This document shows, in pieces, positions 30,024-41,440 of a stretch of DNA of 64,000 nucleotides. The stretch's first letter is position 1; every line of letters begins with the position of its first letter. The DNA lies in the NCBI GenBank assembly GCA_027310185.1, contig DAIDBH010000006.1, positions 128,001-192,000 of the forward strand, given 5' to 3'. Made by a program: the position numbers and the translations under genes. Source of the DNA: Thermoplasmatales archaeon. GTDB lineage: Archaea > Thermoplasmatota > Thermoplasmata > Thermoplasmatales > Thermoplasmataceae. The notes beneath the pieces are model-generated. The model was not told the origin of the DNA and did no database searches. It saw only the letters and a program-made list of their open reading frames with translations.

Positions 30024-32402
30024 TCACTCACCATTTACTTTTTTATAGATATTCAGGTATTCCAGTCCTTTCCTCACGCCCTTTTCCCATGATGGCTCAT
30101 TTTTTCCAGAAATGTACTCCTTCACAGCTTTTTCATCCTGCAGTCCTAGGTATGGTATCATTGATTCAAGGAATCTTGAAGTGTATCCTGTTCCTTCGAA
30201 GAACCTGTCCAGTGTAGAAACGATTTCTTCCATGTTATCAATGATAAACTGCCTGTTCTGTGACTCTCCGGACGCAGCCATTATGGCCCTGAAAGAATCC
30301 TGCTTCTTAATTTTTCCATCCCTGATCAGACCCCATACAGCTGAAAGATTTTCATCTCCCCTGAGGTGGCCCATTGCACTTATTATCTTGATTTTATCTT
30401 CATCTACCTTGAGTGTGTCAAGCTTTTTCAGGAGACCACTGAGATCATTTCTAGCCATTGCATAGGCATATGCCACAGACTGCCTTTCATCCGGTGATAC
30501 TTTCTCAAAATCACTGAACCTGTTTGCAGTCTTCTTTGCATAGTCCAGATCAATCAGTGATAGAACTGATTGCATCCTTCCCCTGATTACTGTTATATTT
30601 ATCGGTTCGCCACTCCTGAATGCCCCAAGATTGTCCAGCTTACCGTTAAGATATGATATGCCAAATGAGTCTATCTTCCTTGAATTGTGCAGAATATTAT
30701 GAAGACTCAATATTATACCTGATATTTCATCCATAACCATGTATTCCATGTCAGATTGGAACATATTCATAATGCCTATGAGCTCATCAATGGAAATTTT
30801 TCCAGAGAAGTAAAGGGATGAATAATCAGAAATAAGTCCCCATCTTGAAAATTTATCCATGGTGCCTGATGCAGCCTTCTTTATGCCTTCAGTCAGATCA
30901 CTATCATATTTTACCCTGTAAAATCCAGTTCTATTACTGTTTATATACTGGAAATTCTGTAAGGGTATTTCCATTTCCTCCTGCTCCATCAGGAATGATC
31001 TAACTCCATCGGAATATACCACAGTCAAGGGTATTGGCCAGAGTGTGTTGTCAGGGCTGCCATCAAGGAAGAATCTTGTTTGATGAAGCTTTATCTTGTT
31101 GCCGCTCAGGGATGCTTCAATCTGTGGATATCCAGCCTTTGTAATCCAGGCATCCATTATCTTTGAAACAGGTTTCTTTGAAACTTTCTCTATTGATTCC
31201 CAGAGATTCTGTCCTACCGCATTGCCAAAACTGTGCTCCTTAAGGTATGCCCTTACCCCATTTCTGAAATTATCCGGGTCCACAAAAGCTTCGATCATCC
31301 TTAGAATGCTGCCGCCTTTACCATAGCTTATCTCATCGAAGATCTGTGATATTTCATCAGGATTTTTAACATCTACGTGAATTGGGTGGGTATTCCTCAG
31401 GCTGTCTCCCGTCATTGCTCCACCTGTCTCTCCTGTTACCATCTCGCCCATAATTTCCCACTCAGGATGTTTATGTTCAAGTGCCTTATAGCTCATGAAA
31501 GTTGCAAAACTTTCATTGAGCCACAAATCATCCCACCATTTCATCGTGACCAGATCACCGAACCACTGGTGAGCAAGTTCATGTGAGATTACTTCATCAA
31601 CCCTCTTGAGAATGGCTGAACTTGTACTCTCATTTACCATCAACTCTATTTCCCTGAAAGTGATCGCACCCCAGTTCTCCATTGCTCCAAAAGCAAATTC
31701 AGGAACAGCTATGAGGTGTAGCTTGGGCAGCTGGTATTTTATGTCGAAGTAGTCCTCGAAGAATGTCAGTGTGTCAGAAGCCATGCCTATGGGTATCTTG
31801 CTTGCCTGTATCTTTCCCTTTGCAGATGCCAGATAGATCGGTTTTTCCTCGTGTTTTCCTTCCACTATGTCATACCTTGAAGCCCCCATGTAAAGAAGGT
31901 ATGTTGACATTCTTGGTGTTGTCTGGAATGTGATTATCTTTCTGCCTTCGTGATCCTCAATCTTTTCAGGAGGCATGTTTGAAATACCATCATAATCGGA
32001 TGGAATATCCATGGTTACCCTGAATTCTGCCTTGAATTCTGGATTGTCAACACATGGAAATGCATATCTGGCACCTGTGGCTTCAAACTGTGTACTGACG
32101 AATACAAATCCATTTTCTCTGGAATAGTATATTCCATTGAGACTCTCATCGATCTTCCCTGAAAAATATATCTCAATTTCAAATTTACCAGCATATGGTA
32201 CCAGACATTTGATCAACTGTTCTTCCTCATCTGCTTCGAATGGAGTTTCCTTTCCATTCACCATGAAACTCTCTATGGCTATCCCCGAATAATTCAACCA
32301 TATAGATTTGTCTGATTCCCCGGATATGGTTTCATGCCCTGAAAATCTCAGTTTTTCAACGTCTATTTTATAATGTATATCATATCCTGATATCTTTTTC
32401 AT
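30024..32402 (-). CDS. M1 aminopeptidase (tricorn-interacting factor F2/F3-like)
   Basis: TQFEA.GAR..FPC.D.P, GAMENWG, HELAHQWFG, WLNESFA and SYGKG motifs. Confidence 0.94.
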   Translation of the reverse strand: MKKISGYDIHYKIDVEKLRFSGHETISGESDKSIWLNYSGIAIESFMVNGKETPFEADEEEQLIKCLVPYAGKFEIEIYFSGKIDESLNGIYYSRENGFVFVSTQFEATGARYAFPCVDNPEFKAEFRVTMDIPSDYDGISNMPPEKIEDHEGRKIITFQTTPRMSTYLLYMGASRYDIVEGKHEEKPIYLASAKGKIQASKIPIGMASDTLTFFEDYFDIKYQLPKLHLIAVPEFAFGAMENWGAITFREIELMVNESTSSAILKRVDEVISHELAHQWFGDLVTMKWWDDLWLNESFATFMSYKALEHKHPEWEIMGEMVTGETGGAMTGDSLRNTHPIHVDVKNPDEISQIFDEISYGKGGSILRMIEAFVDPDNFRNGVRAYLKEHSFGNAVGQNLWESIEKVSKKPVSKIMDAWITKAGYPQIEASLSGNKIKLHQTRFFLDGSPDNTLWPIPLTVVYSDGVRSFLMEQEEMEIPLQNFQYINSNRTGFYRVKYDSDLTEGIKKAASGTMDKFSRWGLISDYSSLYFSGKISIDELIGIMNMFQSDMEYMVMDEISGIILSLHNILHNSRKIDSFGISYLNGKLDNLGAFRSGEPINITVIRGRMQSVLSLIDLDYAKKTANRFSDFEKVSPDERQSVAYAYAMARNDLSGLLKKLDTLKVDEDKIKIISAMGHLRGDENLSAVWGLIRDGKIKKQDSFRAIMAASGESQNRQFIIDNMEEIVSTLDRFFEGTGYTSRFLESMIPYLGLQDEKAVKEYISGKNEPSWEKGVRKGLEYLNIYKKVNGE

Positions 32403-32449
32403 AAGATTCCATAGAATGATTATATATAAAAAATTACGGTACAGGTTTT

Positions 32450-33454
32450 ATGAGCATAATAATAGATACTGACTGTACTGACTACGATCCTGAAACCCTT
32501 AAGCCAGGCATAGAAGTTCTTAAGAAGGGAGGTACAGTAATCTTTCCCACAGAAACTGTCTACGGGTTGGGTGCCGATGCAACTTCTGATTCTGCATGCT
32601 CCAGGATTTTCACTGCGAAGGGAAGACCACAGGATAATCCACTAATAATTCACCTAAGCGACACCAGTAGTCTTAACAGATACAGTTACTGGGATGGAGT
32701 TGAAAAAGCGGAGGAACTTGAAAAATTGTGGCCCGGTCCACTGACCGTAATCGTGAAGAAAAGGGAGATGATTTCATCCGTTGCAAGTGCAGGTCTTGAT
32801 ACCATTGGGGTGAGAATACCTGACTGTAATTTCACGAGAGACCTCATAAGGAAAGCGGATCTGCCAGTTGCTGCTCCCAGTGCCAACATTTCAGGAAGAC
32901 CCAGTGCTACATCTATTTCACATGTTAAGGATGAACTTTGGAACAGGGTTGATTTGATGTACAATGCTGGTAAATCAAGAATTGGAATAGAATCGACGGT
33001 GATCCTGCCAGAGGGAGAAAAGTGCACGATCCTGAGGCCGGGTGCCTATACTGAAGATGATCTTCTCCTGATATTCAGAAAGGTAGAATATGCAAAAACT
33101 GGGGAAAGAATCATGTCTCCTGGAATGAAATACAGGCACTATTCCCCCTCTAAAAAGGTTTACAGGGCAGATCCGAATAAACTGCTCAGGGTGCTTGAAA
33201 ACAGGAAGAATATCCTGCCCATAGTATCTTCAGAACTTGGACAGATGATCAGTGGAGATAAACTCATCCTTGGGAGTCGCAGTGATCCAGTTTCCATTTC
33301 CAGTAATCTGTACCACTGCCTGAGAAAACTGGATGAAACTGACTATCAGGAGGGTATAATTGAGAGTTTTGAAGAAAAAGGTTACTTTATCTCAATTATG
33401 AACAGGGTTAATAGGGCATCTGTTCCAGTCACTGAACTGGAGGATTTTAGGTAA
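32450..33454 (+). CDS. sua5: L-threonylcarbamoyladenylate synthase Sua5
   Basis: FPTETVYGLG, KGRPQDNPLI.H, APSANISG, GIESTV and SPGMKYRHY motifs. Confidence 0.96.
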   Translation: MSIIIDTDCTDYDPETLKPGIEVLKKGGTVIFPTETVYGLGADATSDSACSRIFTAKGRPQDNPLIIHLSDTSSLNRYSYWDGVEKAEELEKLWPGPLTVIVKKREMISSVASAGLDTIGVRIPDCNFTRDLIRKADLPVAAPSANISGRPSATSISHVKDELWNRVDLMYNAGKSRIGIESTVILPEGEKCTILRPGAYTEDDLLLIFRKVEYAKTGERIMSPGMKYRHYSPSKKVYRADPNKLLRVLENRKNILPIVSSELGQMISGDKLILGSRSDPVSISSNLYHCLRKLDETDYQEGIIESFEEKGYFISIMNRVNRASVPVTELEDFR

Positions 33455-33496
33455 AAAAATTTAAACTAAAGGTTCATAGGGTCAAAAAGTGACCTG

Positions 33497-34831
33497 ATGG
33501 TCGAACAGAAGGAGTATCCGGTAAGCTACAGCAGGAGGTGGCGTTTGTGGTATCTAGCTTACATTTTTTCCAATATGTCGGCGGGACTCCTTACCCCTAT
33601 GATTCCACTGTTCATTTCACTTTATTTCAGGCAGAACGTTGTCTTCGTGGGTATCGCATCATCCCTTTCATCCCTGTCTTCTGTCGTTGCCCTGATCCTC
33701 TGGGGAAATATATCGGATAATGTGAGGAAGAGGAAAGTTTTCATCCTTATAGGTTTCATGGGCTCATTCCTTTCCCTTTTCTTCATTATGTTTACCACGA
33801 ACATACTTGACTACATAGGGATACTTGTGGTTTACCAGTTCTTTGCCATGGCTTCTGTTCCTGTATCAACACTGCTCGTTATAGAGAATGAAATTGAGAG
33901 CCAGTGGTCCAAGACTGTGGCCGTGTTCAGTGCAATTTCTACAGTAGGAACGGTGGTTGGACTTACACTCGGACTTGTTATTGTTGTTAGAAATCCCTCA
34001 TCCATTGAAATACTGAAGGATATCTATCTTATTTCTGCATTCATCTACCTCATAGCCTTCATACTTGCCTATTTTTTACTTAAGGAATCATCCACAAAAA
34101 TAAGAAGGTCGAGGATACAGAATATATTCTCAGTGAGGGGTTTTGAAAGAACAAGATATGCACCATCTTACGTGATACATATCGTAAAACTTTTCGGAAA
34201 AAAGAAAGGTGTAAAAACAAGCAGGTCGCTCATGTTATACATAATCCTGTGTGGTTTGCTCATGGTTGGTTTTCAAACATTCTTCACGCCCTACCCTGTT
34301 TTTCTGATTGATAAATACAATGCTACAGAGGATATAGTTTACATAATGTACCTGCTTAACAGTGCATTTTCTGTAGTCTCATTTAATCTATCAGGGAACT
34401 ACATAAGGAAAAGAAGCTTGCAGAAAGCTATATACATTCCTCTTGCAGTAAGAATGATAGTGTTCGCTGCCACCAGCATAATTCCCTTCCTTGGGTTATA
34501 CTCCTTTGGCTACATGATCCTGATTATTCTCATTTATGGGGCCATGGGATTTGTCTGGAGCTATATCAGCATAACCCAGATAACATCAGTTACCACAATG
34601 GCAGACAGGGAAACCAGGGGAAGGGCAATTGGTTATTATAATTCAATCCTTGGTGTTGGACAGATTATTGGTGCATTCATATCAGGATATATTGTAATAT
34701 ATCTTGGTTATGGAGGGGATTTCATGATTGCAGCTATAATAGTTGCAATTGGTTACATGGGATCGTTAAAAATTAAGGCCGGAATTAATCAAACCAGCAT
34801 TTCCAGAGGAACTGCTGTTGCCTCAAAATAA
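33497..34831 (+). CDS. MFS transporter
   Basis: WGNISD..RKRK motif and ~12 TM; RGRAIG.YNS in the C-terminal half. Confidence 0.9.
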   Translation: MVEQKEYPVSYSRRWRLWYLAYIFSNMSAGLLTPMIPLFISLYFRQNVVFVGIASSLSSLSSVVALILWGNISDNVRKRKVFILIGFMGSFLSLFFIMFTTNILDYIGILVVYQFFAMASVPVSTLLVIENEIESQWSKTVAVFSAISTVGTVVGLTLGLVIVVRNPSSIEILKDIYLISAFIYLIAFILAYFLLKESSTKIRRSRIQNIFSVRGFERTRYAPSYVIHIVKLFGKKKGVKTSRSLMLYIILCGLLMVGFQTFFTPYPVFLIDKYNATEDIVYIMYLLNSAFSVVSFNLSGNYIRKRSLQKAIYIPLAVRMIVFAATSIIPFLGLYSFGYMILIILIYGAMGFVWSYISITQITSVTTMADRETRGRAIGYYNSILGVGQIIGAFISGYIVIYLGYGGDFMIAAIIVAIGYMGSLKIKAGINQTSISRGTAVASK

Positions 34832-37192
34832 TTCTACTGTATAATTCATCCCTTCCCATCTATTGCTTTTCTTCCAGAAGAATGTAAATTCCAGCTGAGT
34901 TTCAGTTTTAATTGTGGAAAGATCAACCTCAATATAGTGGACCTTGCTGAATATGCTCCTTGACTGGATGTCACTCATATCTTTCCAGTTGTTTCCTGTT
35001 AATCTTATGAAACAATCTTCACTAAGAATAAACATTATGGAGGATTTTGACTTCAATTTCTTTATCTTGTTCTTGAAACTCCATATATCTTCATTTATCA
35101 AGATCTTGCGTTCAACGTACCTTGAATACGCTATCTCATTCCTTTCAAATGGCTTCCCATTTTCTATTGCCCAGCAGAGTTTGACGTATTCCGCATGAGC
35201 CCATACCAGAGGCATTGCAGAACCTGATGGTCGACCATTGTACAGGCCTCTTGCCGGGATATCATCTGCATCCCATATCTGCTCAGGTATCATTCCACCA
35301 ACATTGGTATCTTTTTCCATTGTGTGAAGTAATTGTAACGCATCACCCATGTTTCCTCTTGAAATTTCATAATGTGCTCTTTCCCCTGACAACAGCGGCC
35401 ATCCACGACCATGCCCTGTACCGTTAAATCCAGTCCCATCATCATGTTCTCCATATCCATCATGATTATACCTGTGCCATACTGGACCTGATTTTGTTTC
35501 TGTTTTAAGTTCACCATCTATGATCTTGACTGTGTTTAAGATGCCTTCATGATCATGAGGTCTGATGCCGAATCTCACCAGTGATAATACTCCAGTGCTC
35601 ACTATCTCCTCGGTTTTCACGAGTGAGGATGACCATGGCCTGTTTTTTATGGGGATATAATCGTTTGATTGCTTATCCTGATCCACCTGTGAGATCCTGA
35701 CAAAATGTCCGGATACACCGTACTTGCTATCCAGGTCTGAATTTTCCCTGTACAGCCATCTTTCAATATTGCTGCTGTATATATCTGCAACAAGCTGAAT
35801 TTTATTTGATTCCTCGTGGAAACCAAGCTGATCAATCATTTCGGACCCATAGCAAAGAGCCGAAATTTCAACAGCTATTGTGAAACTTGAATATCCACCA
35901 TCCTCTTCCCATCTGTCCTGATCAGTAACCGGGCCATTAGCCACAATGAATGATATTGCCCTGATCAGCATTTCACTGAAGTTCTCAAGCTTGACGTATC
36001 CTCGTTTCCACAGGTTATACAGGAGCACTACTGGAAAAGCAGTTTCATCCATCTGGATTCCTCCCCAGTACTGCTTCCCATTTAGCCACATATTCTGGGG
36101 CCAGTGCCCATCAGATTCCTGTGTTGACTGGAGATATCGCAGTGCATCAACAGATCCGTCAATATCTCCAAGGATGAGAAGCGCCTGAGCTGCCTCAACC
36201 ATGTCCCTTGGCCATATGAGGTGGTAACCACCCAGGTCATCATCACCCTTGAAATTTCCCCATGGAATTGAGAGACTTGCTATTATTCCTCCAGCCAGTG
36301 GCTCCTTTGACACGTGAGTTCTTATTACTGCGAGGCTTGGTTCCAGCAGGTCATATTTTTTTTTCACAAGGATGTTCTTTGCAGTATATTTTTTGTATGT
36401 GACCCAGTGCTGCACATAATCATTGAGAATACTTTCCCAGTTAAGGTTGCTTGATTTCAATACTTTAAGAGCGGCCTCTTCCATGGTGGTTCCGAATGCG
36501 ATGTACATGTTAAATGTATCTTGCTTTTCAAGTAGTATTTCTGTAGTTATTGCCACGTTGCCATCGGTTGCGGAACTGAATTCATAGGTCATCGTCCTAT
36601 TGTTAGTGATATCCTGGAACCCGTCAGAATATCCCGAGAACCCACAGCTCATCTTGCCAGATACATCAGGTATGTAGAGGGCCATAAACATGCCCTCCTT
36701 TGATGCAAATTGCATTCTTCTTCCCTTGTAGTTCCCGTTCCATGCAGTATTCCCCATTCCGCCATTCATTAGATGTGGAGAGAGCAGTGAATATAGAAAG
36801 AAACTATCATTCGGGTCCTTCCTGGAGAATACAATATGCTGTACCAGCACATCATTCTCGCTATCTATGAACACTGTCTTATCAATCTTGAAGTGGAGGT
36901 CCTTATCCTCATTGACTATCTTAAAGGCAGGAATTCCTTCCTTTACCCACTGTATGCTGTGAATTGTACCCCTTCTTTCCTCATAAAAAAATTTTCCATC
37001 TGTAATCAGGAGCTGATGATCCCTGATCTGTGCTGTGTCTACTCCGGGATAATATATCTCATTTACAATTCCATGTGATACTGTAAAATGTATTCTTGAG
37101 CACCTTCTGAGAGATGTTCCAACTCCTTCCTTTGCGCTTGATGTCCATCTGGGTGATATGCCTGGCTTCCCAAATGCTTCCCCTGAATTCAT
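34823..37192 (-). CDS. GH15 glucan 1,4-alpha-glucosidase with glucodextranase-like N-terminal domain
   Basis: AFG.PG..PRW, IASLSIPWG, GGYHLIWPRD, QMDE, QDRWEE, IPEQIWD and SAMPLVWAHAEY motifs. Confidence 0.93.
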   Translation of the reverse strand: MNSGEAFGKPGISPRWTSSAKEGVGTSLRRCSRIHFTVSHGIVNEIYYPGVDTAQIRDHQLLITDGKFFYEERRGTIHSIQWVKEGIPAFKIVNEDKDLHFKIDKTVFIDSENDVLVQHIVFSRKDPNDSFFLYSLLSPHLMNGGMGNTAWNGNYKGRRMQFASKEGMFMALYIPDVSGKMSCGFSGYSDGFQDITNNRTMTYEFSSATDGNVAITTEILLEKQDTFNMYIAFGTTMEEAALKVLKSSNLNWESILNDYVQHWVTYKKYTAKNILVKKKYDLLEPSLAVIRTHVSKEPLAGGIIASLSIPWGNFKGDDDLGGYHLIWPRDMVEAAQALLILGDIDGSVDALRYLQSTQESDGHWPQNMWLNGKQYWGGIQMDETAFPVVLLYNLWKRGYVKLENFSEMLIRAISFIVANGPVTDQDRWEEDGGYSSFTIAVEISALCYGSEMIDQLGFHEESNKIQLVADIYSSNIERWLYRENSDLDSKYGVSGHFVRISQVDQDKQSNDYIPIKNRPWSSSLVKTEEIVSTGVLSLVRFGIRPHDHEGILNTVKIIDGELKTETKSGPVWHRYNHDGYGEHDDGTGFNGTGHGRGWPLLSGERAHYEISRGNMGDALQLLHTMEKDTNVGGMIPEQIWDADDIPARGLYNGRPSGSAMPLVWAHAEYVKLCWAIENGKPFERNEIAYSRYVERKILINEDIWSFKNKIKKLKSKSSIMFILSEDCFIRLTGNNWKDMSDIQSRSIFSKVHYIEVDLSTIKTETQLEFTFFWKKSNRWEGMNYTVELF

Positions 37193-37233
37193 ATTCCACC
37201 ATTCTCCCCAATATTAAATATTGATCGCATAAT

Positions 37234-38349
37234 TCAGATGTATAGGTCCAGGTTATCCCCGTAGATTATCTTCATTACCTTTCCAATGCGTTCTTCTAGC
37301 TCTTCAGTACTGAGTGCAGTCAAACAGACGTGACCCATCTTCCTCTTCTTTCTGACCTCCTTCTTCCTGTAGTCATAAACCCTTGTGTTCCCAAGCTTCA
37401 GTATTTCATTCAACTGACTTTCGCTGAGGGAAAGACCGATGATGTTCACTATTCCTGATGGAACATATGTGGAGGGCTGAAACACTGGGAGTCCCAGTAC
37501 ACATCTAACATGCATCTCAAACTGTGAATAGCTTGAACCCATGAGTGTGTGGTGACCGGTGTTATGAACCCTCGGTGCATACTCGTTTATCAATGGTCCT
37601 TTCCCTGTCAGGAAGAACTCTATGCCCATTACACCTATATAGTCAAGTTCATTCACCAATCTACGTGAAATTTCAATCATCTCTGATCTCAGCTCACTAT
37701 TATTTATGGGGGAACTGTTCCATATGAGGATTCCCTTATTGTTCATGTTATAGGAAGGTTCATAGAAATAAAAGTTATTATTTTCATCCCTTGCACATAT
37801 TATGGATGCTTCACTCTCATAATCCACAAACTTTTCAACGACGAAAATATCGTCTGAATCAGCTGGGAAACTGCTCATGTCATAATAATAGTACTGTCCC
37901 TTCCCGTCATATCCGCCCTCAGACCTCTTGATCACGAACTTTTCCATAGTACCTGCCACTTTCAGTGCTTCCCTGCCTCCATGAGCAACAATGAACTCAC
38001 CAACTGGAAAATTCCTAGATTTCAGGAATTCCTTCTCCAGATGTCTCTGCATTTTTAGTTCTACTGATTTTATTGACGGCCTCAGCTTTCCCTCCTGTTC
38101 TGCATATTCCAGAAGTTTCCGGTTTATATGCTCAAACTCAAAGGTGACAATATCACTTTTATCCACAAATTCCCTGTACTGATCCACTGTGTACGATCTA
38201 TCAGAAATCGAAACAGCCGGATCTGTTATATTTTCAGAATATACATTGAACTTTACAGGCAGACCCCTCGATTCGAGTATCATCATTGTTCCAAGCTGGC
38301 CAGCGCCTGCAATGCCTATGGTCTTATGGCAATCTTGTGTTTTCAACAC
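37234..38349 (-). CDS. purK: N5-CAIR synthase
   Basis: [30 protein letters not shown] and RKMGH motifs. Confidence 0.95.
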   Translation of the reverse strand: MLKTQDCHKTIGIAGAGQLGTMMILESRGLPVKFNVYSENITDPAVSISDRSYTVDQYREFVDKSDIVTFEFEHINRKLLEYAEQEGKLRPSIKSVELKMQRHLEKEFLKSRNFPVGEFIVAHGGREALKVAGTMEKFVIKRSEGGYDGKGQYYYYDMSSFPADSDDIFVVEKFVDYESEASIICARDENNNFYFYEPSYNMNNKGILIWNSSPINNSELRSEMIEISRRLVNELDYIGVMGIEFFLTGKGPLINEYAPRVHNTGHHTLMGSSYSQFEMHVRCVLGLPVFQPSTYVPSGIVNIIGLSLSESQLNEILKLGNTRVYDYRKKEVRKKRKMGHVCLTALSTEELEERIGKVMKIIYGDNLDLYI

Positions 38350-38806
38350 TTTCCCTTTCCTTTTCCATGTAATTTCTCATCTTGAAGGCCAGTTCCGGAT
38401 ATTTCAGGGAGAGAATCCTTACTGCCAGAAGGGCAGCGTTTTTGGAATTGTTGATCGCAACTGTTGCAACAGGTATGCCAGAGGGCATCTGCACAATAGA
38501 AAGGAGTGAATCGATCCCCTTAAGTGCCTTTGTCATGATTGGAACCCCTATAACTGGCAGGTTTGAGATCGCGGCTACCATTCCCGGGAGATGGGCGGAA
38601 CCACCTGCACCGGCAATAATAACCTCGATTCCTCTGGAACTTGCCTTTTCCGCAAATTCATACATCATCTTTGGAGTTCTGTGTGCTGACACAACCTTTG
38701 ATTCACAATCCACCTGAAATGAACGCAAAACTTCACATGCTTCTTTCATGACTTCATAATCTGACTGACTGCCCATTATAACTGCAACTTTCGACAAATG
38801 TTTCAC
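38324..38806 (-). CDS. purE: N5-CAIR mutase
   Basis: [24 protein letters not shown] and VQMPSG.PVATV motifs. Confidence 0.97.
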   Translation of the reverse strand: MKHLSKVAVIMGSQSDYEVMKEACEVLRSFQVDCESKVVSAHRTPKMMYEFAEKASSRGIEVIIAGAGGSAHLPGMVAAISNLPVIGVPIMTKALKGIDSLLSIVQMPSGIPVATVAINNSKNAALLAVRILSLKYPELAFKMRNYMEKERESVENTRLP

Positions 38807-38873
38807 CTCTACAGCAACTTAATTTCCATATTGCTTTATGTCTTATTACTTCAATATAATTTATAATTATTTA

Positions 38874-39674
38874 TCAAAAGTTCTTCCAGAGTTCGTATTT
38901 TTTCCTTTTATCTAAATTGACACGACTCAATTCATAGTTTTCAGGAATGCACGTATTCTTCATAACTTTTGGATGAGATGGTATTTTTATTATGATGTAA
39001 ACGTGCTCACTTTGGAGTTTTTCCAGATCACACAGGAATTTCTTAAAATGCTTTTCCTGTTCTGTCTTGATCGAGCTTGAGTTGTTACCGGAACTGTATT
39101 TTCTGAGATTCAGGAATAAAAAGTCATTTTCTGATAAATCTCCCCGGACAGCTTCATAACATCCCCTCTTCATCTCAATTTTCTGTAGCATCCTGGAAAA
39201 TTCAACTATTTCTGTTTCAGTTGGGAATTCAAGGTTCCTTTCACCTGTTGATGAACGTTTTAAAATTCCCGATATACCTGTACTGTTATTTCCAATGGCA
39301 TTCAATATATTTATTTGCAGGTAGGTCACTGCCTCTTCCATTGTCCTGTGGTTCCTGATCTCCTTATATCTCTTTTTCAATGCCAGAAGTGCCCCTCTTG
39401 TTCTTCCCCTGTAACTGCCTTCAAATGCATAATAAAACTCCTCCGGCATACTTTTCACATGTTCATATAAGTTTATGAGGCTATCATCCGGATCAGATAG
39501 CATTGGACACACCAGTTTTCCTTCCTGATTTAGATCAATAAATGTCTGCATTGAACCGCAGAACGGATCGATATAATGATTGAAATCCCGCGGGATTAAT
39601 CTTTTGATGTAATCCGAAAGTTCTACTCCTGTCTCATCGTTTATAATCGGTCCAGTCAATGTATTGATATTCAA
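38874..39674 (-). CDS. Dam/D12-class DNA adenine methyltransferase homolog lacking the catalytic motif
   Basis: YIDPFCGS (motif I-like) and SD.DD.LINLY..VK; the expected DFVYLDPPY reads DFLFLNLRKY. Confidence 0.7.
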   Translation of the reverse strand: MNINTLTGPIINDETGVELSDYIKRLIPRDFNHYIDPFCGSMQTFIDLNQEGKLVCPMLSDPDDSLINLYEHVKSMPEEFYYAFEGSYRGRTRGALLALKKRYKEIRNHRTMEEAVTYLQINILNAIGNNSTGISGILKRSSTGERNLEFPTETEIVEFSRMLQKIEMKRGCYEAVRGDLSENDFLFLNLRKYSSGNNSSSIKTEQEKHFKKFLCDLEKLQSEHVYIIIKIPSHPKVMKNTCIPENYELSRVNLDKRKKYELWKNF

Positions 39675-39699
39675 ACATTCTATAAATGGACTGGTGTTT

Positions 39700-41352
39700 T
39701 CACTCCAGTTTCTCCTTTAGTAGTGAGGTGATATATCCCTTCACCTGGCTGAAGTTCAGCTTTGGAGGCATTGGAGCTTCATCAGGATCTATAACAATAT
39801 CGACGATTGTTGGTTCATCCTTCATGGACAGGCTTTCCTTTATGGCAGGCTCCAGCTGATCATATTTTTCAACCCTGAATGACTTTATTCCAATTGCCTC
39901 TCCTATACTGGCAAAATTCAGGGGAAATAAATCAGTGCCAAAATTCGGGAATCCCATGACTTCTTCCTCAAACTTTATCATTCCCAGCTCGGAATTATTG
40001 AAAACGAACAGCTTAACCGGCCTCTTATATTTCCTGATTGTTACAAGCTCTGGCATTGACATTGCAAAGCTGCCATCTCCTATGAGTCCTATAACCTGTG
40101 CGTCAGAAGAAAATGATGCTCCAACCGTTCCAGGTATTCCTATCCCCATGCTTCCCAGCCACGATGAATAGACAAATTTTCTTCCAGGGTTTGTTCTGAA
40201 GTTCCTGACACCCCACACCGTAACATTTCCTGTGTCCACAACAACCGTTGCATTATTATCCGCATACTTGGAGATTATGGCAGGAACTGATTCTGGATGG
40301 ATGAGACCACTATCAAACTGTTCTTTCTTTTCCAGGCTTTTTATCCATTCTGTTTTTACTGACTCAATTGAACTGTAATATTTTATTTCCTTTGAACCTA
40401 CATCAATCTTGCTGAGAAATGTCTCAGTATCACAGATCAGTCCTATATCAGATCTCCTTCGCTTACCAATTGATAGCGGGTCCGTATCTACCTGTATTGT
40501 TACCAGGTTTTCCGGTATGAACTGCACATATGGATAGGATGTGCCCAGCATTATGATAAGATCTGCCCCTTCAATTGCCCTCATGGAAGGTTTCGTTCCA
40601 AGTAAGCCCAGACTACCTGCAACTCTCCTGTCAAGATCATCAACTATTCCCTTCCCGTTAAGAGCGTAAATTATGGGTGCTCCGATTTTCTCTGAGAACT
40701 CCATAATCTTCTCGCCGCATTCCCGTGCACCCTTGCCGATGAATAAAACTGGTTTTGTAGACCCTTCTATCATGGTTTTAACCCGGGTAAGATCCGGGTC
40801 GTATTGAGGGGCTTCAGGAGACTGTTCCATTATCTGCTCATTATACTGAGATTGCAACCTCATTATATCTGCAGGAAGCGTCAGGTGTGATACACCATGA
40901 CGGTACTTTGCCTCCCTGAATGCTCTTTTAGCTATTTCCTGAGCACTGGCGGGGTTTAGAACTTCCGTGCTGTATACTGAAACATCCTGAAAGATTGAAC
41001 CCAGATTCACCTCCTGGAAATAATCCGTTCCAATTAGGTCTGTCTCCACCTGTCCAGTCAATGCGATCACCGATGAGTGATCCATTTTTGCATCATATAG
41101 TCCATTAAGAAGATGAATCGACCCGGGACCACTTGTTCCCATGCATGCCGTGACTTTTCCAGATATCTTTGATTCAAAGGAAGCGGCAAGGGCTGCTCCT
41201 TCTTCATGCCTTACTTGAATGAACTTAATCTTACCATTCTTCCTTATTGCGTCCATTACTGGATTTAAAGAATCACCCGGTATGCCGTATATCCTTTCAA
41301 CTCCGAGATTGGAAAGAGTATCTATTATGACTTCTGCTGTTGTTTTTCCCAT
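39700..41352 (-). CDS. poxB: TPP-dependent pyruvate oxidase (PoxB-like)
   Basis: GIPGDSLN, VRHEE, GPGSIHLLNGLYDA, FQEV and the GDGSF...NN TPP motif. Confidence 0.88.
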   Translation of the reverse strand: MGKTTAEVIIDTLSNLGVERIYGIPGDSLNPVMDAIRKNGKIKFIQVRHEEGAALAASFESKISGKVTACMGTSGPGSIHLLNGLYDAKMDHSSVIALTGQVETDLIGTDYFQEVNLGSIFQDVSVYSTEVLNPASAQEIAKRAFREAKYRHGVSHLTLPADIMRLQSQYNEQIMEQSPEAPQYDPDLTRVKTMIEGSTKPVLFIGKGARECGEKIMEFSEKIGAPIIYALNGKGIVDDLDRRVAGSLGLLGTKPSMRAIEGADLIIMLGTSYPYVQFIPENLVTIQVDTDPLSIGKRRRSDIGLICDTETFLSKIDVGSKEIKYYSSIESVKTEWIKSLEKKEQFDSGLIHPESVPAIISKYADNNATVVVDTGNVTVWGVRNFRTNPGRKFVYSSWLGSMGIGIPGTVGASFSSDAQVIGLIGDGSFAMSMPELVTIRKYKRPVKLFVFNNSELGMIKFEEEVMGFPNFGTDLFPLNFASIGEAIGIKSFRVEKYDQLEPAIKESLSMKDEPTIVDIVIDPDEAPMPPKLNFSQVKGYITSLLKEKLE

Positions 41353-41440
41353 GTGTACACATGGTAATTATTGTATATTAATTGTGAGTGCAAAATTTTT
41401 TTATACCTGATGTTTACTTAAATCGATAAATATACCACAT

